From: Lama glama
Lineage: Eukaryota
Length of the DNA stretch: 64,000 nt
Reading direction: 5' to 3'
Assembly (NCBI GenBank): GCA_028534125.1
Contig: CM052843.1
Span: 16,306,001-16,370,000, forward strand
Shown: piece by piece, positions 13,565-23,340 of the stretch
Layout: every line of letters begins with the position of its first letter
Position numbering within the stretch: position 1 is the stretch's first letter
The notes under the pieces: model-generated
The model's input: only the letters and a program-made list of their open reading frames with translations
Databases searched by the model: none
What the model was told of the DNA's origin: nothing
Translations under genes and position numbers: made by a program

Positions 13565-13700
13565 TAGTGTTTATTCGTTTGTGGGACATCCACTGACGGC
13601 CTCTCGGGAGCCTCGCACTGTTCTAGGTGCTCGGAGGGTACTGGGAGTAGATAAACAAGTTTTCTATATGCACGACAGTATAGCAGGTGATGACAGAGGG
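13565..13700 (-). mobile_element. L2 3' end fragment
   Basis: ttattcgttt…actga…gcactgttctaggtgct. Confidence 0.55.
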
Positions 13701-14545
13701 CCCGGGGATGAAGTGGTAAGGGAGATGCTGTGGTATATTTCATTATCTGCTTAAATAAATGTGTATCAGTTCATTTGCTCAAAATTAGTATAAGCAGAGA
13801 TGCACTAAGAGTCAAGGTAGAAACTGCCGTGTACTGCAGAGGAACATACCGATGGCACAAGAACCCAGAAATCAACACTAATTTTAACAGAGACCACAGA
13901 GGCTGAAGTTGCATTCAGTGCTGATGTAATACCTGAGACTTGTCACTAGTAGAAGATTCCTCCTATTACATGAAATCCCAACAGAATCAGGTTTGTGGCT
14001 GAAACTAAGCAATGTGAATTTTAAGGCAACACACACACTGAAACCACTTTCTTTTGGAACTCTGTTTAAGATTTATTTTGTAGGGGAAAAAAAAAGTCCA
14101 TTCACCATAAAGCGACCTTGTAACAAGAACTCTGTTTCCCAGTGACATGTTTAGAGATCAAGCCAGACCTATGATTTCCTGAAGCTCCTCGGGGCTCTGT
14201 TTTCCTGTCCCTTCTCCCTGTGCTCTGACACCTGCTTTCTGCCAGGGGAAGCGGCTTCTGGCAGATGTTGGACTCGGGGACGCTGGGCCGTAATCACAGT
14301 TACCATCACTACGAGGTGCGGTACAAAGACCATATAGCTCTGTCCTTGAACTCGGCTTCTCTGAGGTTGTGTCAAAAAGTGAACATCCTCCTGCTTCTGC
14401 AAATGCTGTGTTGAGCAGGAGTATCTTTCAAAAGCAACCTGATCAAAGTGCCCCAGAAAGCAGAAGTCAACTCTCAAAGTCACCAGCTCCGCTTCGTAGT
14501 GACTAGGCGATTTATCTTCTGAGATTCCTAAAAATGTGATGACTA

Positions 14546-14689
14546 CAGTCGTCCCTCAGTATCCAAGGGAGACTGATTCCAGGACCCCCGCCTGCAGGAT
14601 CACATAGTACTGCAGCGTTTATTGAAAAAAAAAATCTACGAGTAAGTGGACCCGCACAGTTCAAACCCACATCGTTCAAGGGCCATCCG
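14546..14689 (+). mobile_element. MER8-like Tigger (TcMar) MITE, internally deleted
   Basis: Termini cagtcgtccctcagtatcc… and …gtaagtggacccgcacagttcaaaccc…gttcaaggg; TA dinucleotides on both sides (14544-45, 14690-91). Confidence 0.8.
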
Positions 14690-15203
14690 TAGTCTCTATG
14701 AAACTACACGCTACAGCTCAAAGGCATTGCTGATTGAGAGCTGTTGGATGAAAAATATAAAAGCGGGAAATTGATTAGAGCATCGCCAGATATAACAAGA
14801 TGCAATTAGGGAAAAGTGGCCAGAGGTAATGAAGTCTAACTAAGAAAAGCAGAATCTTCCTGGGAAGTGAAGCTGGAGAAGAATGTGTTTCTTATCGAAG
14901 CCATTTTATCACTTGTGTCACCTTACAAGGATGTAGAGGTCTCTGCCAACAGTGGCAGCACCAAGGATGAGGTGCTTTAGAACCCCAAGGACATCTATGT
15001 AAGTGGGAAAAATCATATAAAAAATAAACAAAGACATCTTTAAAAAAAAAACATGGCCAGTACACCCTAAGAAAAACCAGTGCATTTACTCAACAAACAC
15101 AACTTCAAAACAAATTCCTTATCTCTTCCTTCCAACTAGAGTGTTGCTCCTGTGCCCCATCTATACAAAAATTCTGGAGCTTGGTTAGACAACAACCAGT
15201 GAC

Positions 15204-15281
15204 AGCATGACTGGGACGTTATGCTGTACACCAGAAACTGACAGACTGTAACTGACTATAGTTCAAAAAAAATAATAAAAA
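15204..15281 (+). mobile_element. Very short young-type L1 3' terminus with A tail
   Basis: gcatgactgggacgttatgctgtacaccagaaactgaca…tgtaactgactata.ttc followed by an A-rich tail. Confidence 0.7.
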
Positions 15282-17007
15282 TGTCAAACGCCACAAAAAA
15301 AAAACCCCAACCAATTACATAATGAGTTCCTTTGGTGTCTGGCTGTCGGGACATACTAGCTTTTTGTCTTCATTGGAAACGTGCCTTAACCAGAATTTAC
15401 TCTACAGTAAAAGTTAAGGTAACAATTCATGGCTTCGTTCTCTTTCCTGAAATGCTGTAGTGCTTCCAGCCAAAGCCAGCCCTTGAGTACATGGTGCCAC
15501 GTGTGCAGGTGCTTGCTCCCTGATGAGATGGGCCTCCCTTCTGAGGATCACTGCTGACTTTGGGATCTCCTCTCTCCTGGTGGGAAGGCAGAACTCAGCG
15601 ATACTGAACTGAGTCGACAAATCACGATTCCTCCTCCATGTGCGTTGGGAACATGACTGGAATGTAGCTGAGAGTGGTTTGGATTGTATGTAAAATGCAT
15701 TTCAGTTTGGGAGTAATGAATGGAGGTTTACTGCCAGCATTCCAATATCACTTAAGAGAATCTGAGCACGTTACCTCTCTAGATACTGTTTCACTTGTCG
15801 GAAGAATTTAATTCAGGAAGTAAGAAAAAGGAGCAGCTATTTCAAGAAGGCTTTATAGGTCCTTCCAGAGAAAGTTTTGTGACCACAGAATCCCCTCCTG
15901 TCTAGTTTCTCCAGGTCTTCCTGGAGGTGTCCAGGGATCCACCACTTAGACCACCCAGGAAACGCCCACTGCTGTTCTACTGGCCCCTTATCCAATTTCT
16001 GTATAGAAGATGCTAAAGGCAAATGCAATTCATTAAATCCAATTGCTTAGGGTCTATAAAAGGACATATATTAACATCATTGTTAAATTAACGCTTGACA
16101 TACATATAATAGGTGTTTAATAACTGCTCTGTATGTTTATGCCTAAAATATATATATATATATATTTTTTTTTTTTCAGATCTAGTAGAGAAAGCAACTG
16201 GATCATGTAACCCTTCTCTTCTTCAGCTAGAGACTTGGCATCATGGGCGTTTGCAGTCTTGCTTTCTGAAGGCATTATGATGATAAATTTATGTTTAAAT
16301 GAATTTTATTCTTAAAAATGTTATAAACACTTTTTTTATCATGTTCCAAATGGCTCCACTTATAGTAATGCTTCAAAAATACTGAGGAACATTTTCTTGA
16401 AAATTTTAATGCATGGTCCAAGAGAACTTAAAGATATAGATAGATAGATCTATGTCTATACACAGAGAGATACAGATTTACCAATTCACACATGCGTGCA
16501 TCAATTTATACAATATATGTATATACACATATGATGTGCATCACCTGACACATCTATGACTGAGGCAGCACATACACTGTGACATATGCTACCAGTACTT
16601 CAATAAGATGAGCAGTATATGGGTTCAACTCAGAGCTCATCTGCCAGCTCTATCAATTTTGGATGCAAAGAGGAATCACTTAGTGTTAACTGAATGGTGG
16701 TAATGACTCCATCAAGACAGTCCAATTCCAAGTTTTATAAATAATGCTACTCATAAACAAAACATGCACACAAATCAATTTGAATTTCAATATACATCTG
16801 CAATGAGCAGAATGTTATTTGTTGAGCTGTGTTTCACAAGAAGCTGCTTATGAATACTTCCTTTGGGACCATTCAGTGGTACTTTCAGAAAATCAGAAAA
16901 CATACAAAGAGAGAGACAACAAACGGAAGGCTACTATATTTCTGCCGCAAAGAAAGAAGCATTTCCCTGACAGGAAGTGGTAGCCATGTGGAAGTTACCT
17001 TTTAGAC

Positions 17008-17193
17008 CAGTGGCTCTCAAAGTGTGGTCCAGGAGCCGCAGTGTCAACAGATGCAAATGTTTCTAATTCCTGCTAGAAACAGAAATGCCTGGGCCCCACT
17101 CCGGATTTACAGAACAGTCTGGGCGGATCCCAGCACTCTGGTTTAGCAGGCCCTCCAGGCCATTCTGACCCGTCCTGAAGTATGAAAACCATG
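17008..17193. mobile_element. MER5A hAT-Charlie MITE
   Basis: cagtggctctcaaagtgtggtcc…gggccccactcc…gccctccagg.cattctga…gaagtatgaaaacca. Confidence 0.75.
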
Positions 17194-18143
17194 TGTTAGG
17201 CTATCAGTGATAAGGAAGAGCTGGCTTTACAGTTCACATGTGAGACTCACCTTATGTTGGTTTGGGGGGGGGGTGTGAAAAAATACACTTAATTATGGTC
17301 AAAGTGACATAATTCCCAACCACCAAATGAAGTGTGGGCTGTGGTAATTTCATAATTCAGCAATTCACTGCAAAAGAGAAGCTGCACTACAGAGTCAGGC
17401 CAGAGTAGGCGCTGTTCTATTTATTAGCGTCATGTTGGCTGGTCTTCTCTTCAAACTCGCCAGGTGCTCCACCCTACCTAGCCTGGTTCTCACTAACCTT
17501 TAAAGGGAGCAACTCTGGCCACTTACGGCTGCTGTTTAGCTGGGAGCCAGGCTTCCCGAGCACAGCCATTTGAACACACACTGGATTCAGCCTACTAAGG
17601 GGAAGCGCTTCCATTTCACGACCATGGTGCTTCATAAAGAGTCCCAGATCCAAGGCAAGAAATTCATCAGAGAATAAAGCGAGCCCCAGGGAAAGCTCAA
17701 TGGCAGGGCAAAGCTCCGCCCACCTTTCCTCATTATCATGAAGTTGCCGTGGTGATGACGATGCACCTGAAGGCAGAGCATCGCTGCTCCGGGACGAGCC
17801 CCGCCCTCGGCGGACCCCTCACTCTCCAGTGTGCTCCAGTTCTCCATTTCAATCTGCCGCCTTTCCTTCATGTCTAAAACCTTGCAAATTTGGACGAGTT
17901 TGCAGAATAACTATTATCATAACTTTGTTTTCCATAATTCCATGGTGAAGGAGTTCTGTTTACTCAGAGTCTGGAGAGAAAAGACTTAAAAAATCCAGGC
18001 ATAATTATCATTTCTGTGAATATAATATGAACTATCAATTTATACATGTGAGCTTCTTCTCTCTGTGTAAGTAATGATCAAAGACTCAAAGAAAAGGGAG
18101 AACCATTTTAAAAGCTTAAGAAGCTCCCAAAACCCAGCTACAC

Positions 18144-18242
18144 GGGGGTGGAGGGTATAGCTCAGTGGTAGCGCATATACTTAGCATATGCAAGGTCCTG
18201 GGTTCAATTCCCTGTACCTCTATTAAAAAAACAAACAAAAAA
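18144..18242 (+). mobile_element. tRNA-Ala-derived camelid SINE (Vic-1 type), followed by (CA)n at ~18257-18280
   Basis: G-rich head, A box TAGCTCAGTGG (18158-18168), B box GGTTCAATTCC (18201-18211), A-rich tail. Confidence 0.85.
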
Positions 18243-18684
18243 TCTTCAGCTTCAATACACACACACACACACACACACACATCTACAAATTTAAGAAACA
18301 GTGGCAGGAAGGAGAAGAATTTACAAAATGAAGGTTTCAAACTGAAGAAACTCTCCCTCCCAAATGCAATTATGTTCCTCAGAGGATGATTCTCCCCATC
18401 CAAGCATCCTGAAACCCTGGTTTGGGAGGTAGAATCCGAAGATGACCACATAAAGGTCACCAGTCCTGGTCCTAACGTGGCTAGAAGCCAAATGATAAAA
18501 TAGAAGAATTTTTGGGTGTCCCCATGTGGAATCCCAATCTAATTTCTCTAGCCGTTCCACTGCAGCGGGGCCGTGCTGCAAGCTGCTCTCCCAAAGGCAA
18601 CAGCTGTTAACAGTTTTAGTTATTACTTGTGAAAATTCCATCTTTTTACATTTTTTTTCCCTTGGGATAATCACACTTCAAAAG

Positions 18685-18966
18685 TGTTTACTTAAAGTCA
18701 CATTTTCAGTGGAGCCTCTCCTGATCAAAGTATACATTACAGCTCCTGGCCCAACTCCCTTTTTATTTCCTGTTTTCTTTTCCTCGGTGGAACATTTCAT
18801 CATCTCCAAATTACATATTTTATGTATTTATTTGATTTATTTTCTGTCTCCCCCACTAGAATGTCAGAGAGTTTTGTTTGGCCAGTGGTTGTATACACAG
18901 TGCCCGGAAGAGCAAGTGACACTGGGTGGACACCGAAAGATTTGTGGAAAGAATGAGTAAATGAAT
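18685..18966 (+). mobile_element. L2a-type 3' end
   Basis: tgtctcccccactagaatgt…cagtgcccggaa…atttgtggaaagaatgagtaaatgaat. Confidence 0.75.
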
Positions 18967-20219
18967 ATTCTAGGGGACGATATTTCCTCCGTCCAAAATG
19001 CCGACTCACCTGTGCTGGAATGTAAAGCACCAAACCCAACGGTGATATGGGACGCGGAGCAGAATTTTTCATGCACAGTCCTTCAAATCTCACTACCTCT
19101 CAGTGTGGATACTTGAACTAGAAGGAGTCGGAGATGCAGGTGCTGGGGAGGGCTGCCACAGTCTTAGGCTACTTCAATAAACTTTCTCACAGAGTGGAAT
19201 TGAAAGGCGGAGCCGATCGCCAAGTGTACCACACACTGACTTCTAAGCGAACTTATACACTGAAATATTTCCAGTATGGTGTTCACCCAGAGACGCCAAA
19301 ATGCTGACACACACACACTACAAAGCTACGCATCATCCCCAAACCAATGCGAAACGCTGAGCCTGTCTGCCAAGGACACTAATTCTCAAAGAGATTAGCT
19401 TCCTAGCTCTATTAAAACACGGATAATTATAGCATCATGTTCATTACGCTGCAGCCAGCAAAGCACACATTCATCTTAATGCAGCTTCTCCCCCTTGGGG
19501 CTTCAGCACAAATATAGATGTTATCCTTTGGACCAGATCGTGAAGGCACGGAGCCTCAGTCTAGGGGATTAAGCAGGGGATGCTCGGCAGAACCAGACTG
19601 CAGCCTTGGCACGGGTGAGTGGCTCTGTCTCTCTGCCAGTGCCACGAGGCTGGCCTTCACCTTCAGCGAACAGTCCTGATCAATGTGATGACAAGGTACG
19701 TGCTAGGTGATCATCTCATTTCTCGTGGATGTCACCAACAGAGAAGAGTTTAATAGAGCCCCTGGCCGAACTGAGCTGTGCTCGTCAAAGAAAGCATCAG
19801 ACCAGGAGCTCTAACCGAAGCACAGATGCCAAAGACAGTCAAAGAGCGTGTCCATGGGGGCTCCCAAGTAAATTCTAAATGACAATGTGTTTCCCCAGAA
19901 GCGCTGTACTGTATTAAGTCCCTGCTTCATACTGTCATCCAAGGGAACTGGCAGTCGTGAGAACACCTGGCAGGAAGCGCAGCGCAGGGGACTGATCCAG
20001 ATTCCCAGCGGGGAGCGGGATTCTGTGCAGCTGAGAGCCGCGCTCACACCAGGGGGGCAGGCAGTGCAGATGCCCAGCAGCTCAGTCTGGCTGCTTCCCT
20101 TGCATCTGTCTGTTCCTCCCCAGTCAGACCAGGCACCATCTGAGCAGGGTGTTGGGAGGAAAAAATCCACCAGCCAGCTCTTTACTTCAGACCATCTCTA
20201 TGTCAATGCATCTTAAACT

Positions 20220-20565
20220 TAAACAATTATGTTCTCCGTGTCAAACGGGTCTGGTAAAACCCACTCACTCACACCGTCTCCGGACTTTTCTCTTCTACAA
20301 GGTCTATTTGAGGGTCTTCGTCATCACTACTGTTGGCAGTTGACTCTTCATTTGATATACAGTCAGCTTCTTCCTCAAGTACCTGCAGGTCTCCTGCATC
20401 AATAATCCCTAGAGATCCATTCTCATCTACATCTCTTGTACTTCTTATTTCATCATCGGAAGCTTTATCTCCAGTTTCATCTATTTGAATTATCTCATTC
20501 ACATCATCATCAGTTATCTGAATGCTTGAATCCATTTGAGAATTAGCATCTGTATAGCACAGGGA
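20220..20565 (-). pseudogene. GTF2A1L: Processed (retroposed) pseudogene fragment of GTF2A1L/ALF (TFIIA alpha/beta-like factor), acidic C-terminal region
   Basis: Minus-strand 20550-20290 translates DANSQMDSSIQITDDDVNEIIQIDETGDKASDDEIRSTRDVDENGSLGIIDAGDLQVLEEEADCISNEESTANSSDDEDPQIDLVEE. This is colinear with human ALF as I recall it (DSNSQVDLSIRVTDDDIGEIIQVDGSGDTSSNEEIGSTRDADENEFLGNIDGGDLKVPEEEADSISNEDSATNSSDNEDPQVNIVEE). After a frameshift, 20287-20222 reads KSGDGVSEWVLPDPFDTENIIV, matching ALF NSGDDVSEQDVPDLFDTDNVIV. No intron lies between the two parts. Flanked by ATCTTAAACT direct repeats (20210-20219, 20566-20575). Confidence 0.9.
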
Positions 20566-20596
20566 ATCTTAAACTACATGGTGGGTCCTCGTATTT

Positions 20597-20880
20597 CTTC
20601 ATTCCTTTACTCAGAAAAAAATTATAAGCGCTCTACTCTGCAGTGACAGTGGGCTGGGGACACGGGAGATCACGATCCCCGTCCTTGAAGAGCCCAGTAT
20701 AGTTGGGAGAACTGACTCAAGATTAGAGCCGTACACAGAGACTGCTGCCACAGTGGTTAGAAATATATATAAAATAAATGACCCAGTGGGCCAGGAATTC
20801 AAGGAGGGAGCAACTAAGATTGTCTAAATATGGAAGGAAATAACTTATGAAACAAACGAAATTCATATGCTGCTTTAAGG
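20597..20880 (-). mobile_element. L2 fragment
   Basis: Antisense L2 3' end (cattcctttactcag…ctggggacac…gtccttgaagagc). Confidence 0.5.
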
Positions 20881-21989
20881 GGAGATAAGTCCTTGTAAGG
20901 CATGTTTGGCAGATTTAGTAGAGTACAGTGTGCTGAACACAGACAGAAAGAAGTGAAAAGACAAGAGGTGCCTAATGTTCACAGTCACCTACTGTTCCTG
21001 TCTTACTAAGAGGACACGAGGAACCGGCAGGTCTCTGGTGAGCTGTGGGTGTGGGCGGGGGTGTTTGTTACTGCATCTCGCAGACAGACACGTGTGTTCT
21101 AGGTTCAGGAACTGTCTATCTCTGGCCCCCCGAGTCTGGTCCTCATAACCACACCATCAGTGAAGAAGGCTGATGTGAAAGAGAGAGACAGGAGATACGA
21201 ATGGGATGGGACATAAACCAAGATTCTTGAAGTGTTGTTCCTTATTAAAGTGAAAAGCCCACTCTTAGATTGAATGTAAGCAAAATTTAAAACCAGAAAA
21301 CATAGGGTTGAGAAAAAAGCAGAATGCAACACTGTTTGCATTTCCCTACATCTGAAGGGAGTTTATATGCAGAGGAAAACAATTTTCTAAATGGTTTAAA
21401 AATCAGTGCTTTTAATCCAAGAGCCAACAGCAGGAGAATCAGTGAACAACATGATGTTCTGGTCTGAATTCACACAGGTCTCCAGCCACCTGCCGAGGTA
21501 TCAGTTCTCAGGGCCATAGGACAAAGACCTAGCTTTAAGACGTTCCTTGGGTTTGGCTTGTGGTTGGGCTTAGGTTCTCCAGCCTACTTAATGGAAGCTG
21601 TGCGTGAAGTATGTTTACCACAGAGACTTGTTAAAGAGTTTGGGACTGTGGGGTGGAAACAGAAAATGGTTCCAGTGTTTGTTTCATGTTTCAGAGGCAC
21701 TTCCTGTCTGGCAGTAACCAATTCTCAAGACACCCAATCACTCCCCACCCCCATTTCACTGCTCAGTTCTTTGGACTGTTGTTCCATTTGTTGACAGTGA
21801 CAAGTTCCATGACGTTATTGCAAGCCATCCCCAACCTCCTGGAATGTGGTGAGTAAACGCATTAAGTAAAAGCAAACTAGCCAATGCAAGGTCAACAGAC
21901 CTGCTGCAGCCAGATCAGGTGGAATCCGGACTCACCGACGTGCGAGCTCGTAGAGGAAGCGTCCAGAACCACGATCGAGACACTGTGGG

Positions 21990-22387
21990 CTTTACAACAC
22001 AGAGACAGACCCACAGACACAGAAAACAAGGTTACGGTCACCAGGGGAGAAAGAGGGTAGGGAGGGATAAACTGGGAGTTTGGGATTTGTAGATACACAC
22101 TACTATATATAAAATAGATAAACAACAAGGTCCTACGGTAGAGCATAGGGAACTATACTCAATACTTGTAATGGCCTGTGATGAAAAAGAATATGAAAAG
22201 GAATACACATATTATATATATATATGAATGAGTCCATATGCTGTGCACCAGAAATTAACACAACATTGCAAACCAACTATACTTCAATAAAAAAGAATGC
22301 AATGATGGTGAATGATAGTAAATATGAAAAAAAAAAACCCTATCAAACTTAAAAAAAAACACAAAAAACACAAAAACAAAACAAAAA
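21990..22387 (+). mobile_element. 5'-truncated lineage L1 3' end with extended 3' tail and TSD
   Basis: L1 3'UTR 21990-22294, extra unique sequence and A-tracts to 22387, ACTGTGGG direct repeats at 21982-21989 and 22391-22398. Confidence 0.85.
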
Positions 22388-22849
22388 GGTACTGTGGGAT
22401 TGCTTTGCTTCCTATGGAAACATCAGAGCTCGGCCTGGCACGTCTGCGCTCCAGGGCTCGCTCTGCACACACGCTGTAAGTCTCATGGGCCCTCCCGCGT
22501 GTCCTGAAAGTGTAAGAGGGTGTGTCTACCTTATTCTCACAGAAGGAGGCAGAAAGGAGCAATGTGTTAGTAAGATTTGTCTAAAATAATTCGAGGCTCA
22601 ACTACAGAAGGCCTTAGTTGAGGGTTCGGGTAATTTTTTTTCCTTTTAAATTAAAGCAATTTCAAGGTTACCATGTAAGAATGCCACTCTAACTTGCATC
22701 CTGATCAGCTTTCCTGAATAGCAGAGAAAAAGGCTGAATTACAGGAAGAGGCCAGGAACTGCACTCAACCACAGGTGCGCCTGGGGGAGTGTGCTGAGTA
22801 CGTGGACGCATCTGCTCCATGAGATACAGGAGAAGGAGGTGGAGAACTG

Positions 22850-23035
22850 CTGGTCTGGCAGAATGAAAGTGGGCTTTGCTGTCCCTGATGATAATTCTGC
22901 CTCGGCCACTGTGCCCTCGGTCAAGTGAGTCCCCTTCTAGGCACCTTGGCTTTCTTATCTGTAAAACTTGGGAAAATGGTACCTACCATTTAGTGGGATA
23001 AAATGGTATGAGGTGTAGGCACTCGGTATATGACT
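22850..23035 (+). mobile_element. MIR SINE
   Basis: ctgtgccctcggtcaagtga…tttcttatctgtaaaa…ggtacctacc. Confidence 0.65.
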
Positions 23036-23079
23036 TACGCCCTCTTCCCTCCTGAAGTGTTCTGAATACTTACTACGCA

Positions 23080-23340
23080 AACTAGGAAGCTTTTGGTTGC
23101 AAATAACAGGAAAGCCAACTTAAACTGGCGTAGACCACGTGCAATGTGCTGGCCCCGAAAGGGACAAATGATGTCCACCAGGCTTCATGAGTGTGGCTAT
23201 CTACTGGCTGAGGCGGTCACCAGGAGCCTGTTACTTGGTACCCCTCAAGTCCTCTTCCCACAGAGCCCAAGCGTTAGGAGCCCCCCTAACGCAGGTGGCT
23301 GTCTACCGCTCTCAGGACGGAGGGCTTCCGGGGGCGAGGG
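23080..23340 (-). mobile_element. Old MaLR LTR (MLT1J/K/L-like) fragment
   Basis: gcttttggttgcaaataacaggaaagccaacttaaactggc, a typical antisense MLT1 end. Confidence 0.55.

Noticed and set aside
18144-18242. tRNA-Ala gene (also 59540-59631)
   Set aside because: A/B boxes are present, but the stems are broken and there is an A-rich tail, so these are SINEs.
20044-20062. CTCF-like CACCAGGGGGGCAG near the retrocopy
   Set aside because: Off-register G run and mismatched 5' core; not distinguishable from chance.
20269-20535. 88-aa acidic ORF as a functional exon of GTF2A1L or a host gene
   Set aside because: There is no donor at the VEE boundary, the next-exon sequence follows directly with a frameshift, a TSD flanks it, and no other GTF2A1L exons are in the window, so it is a retrocopy.
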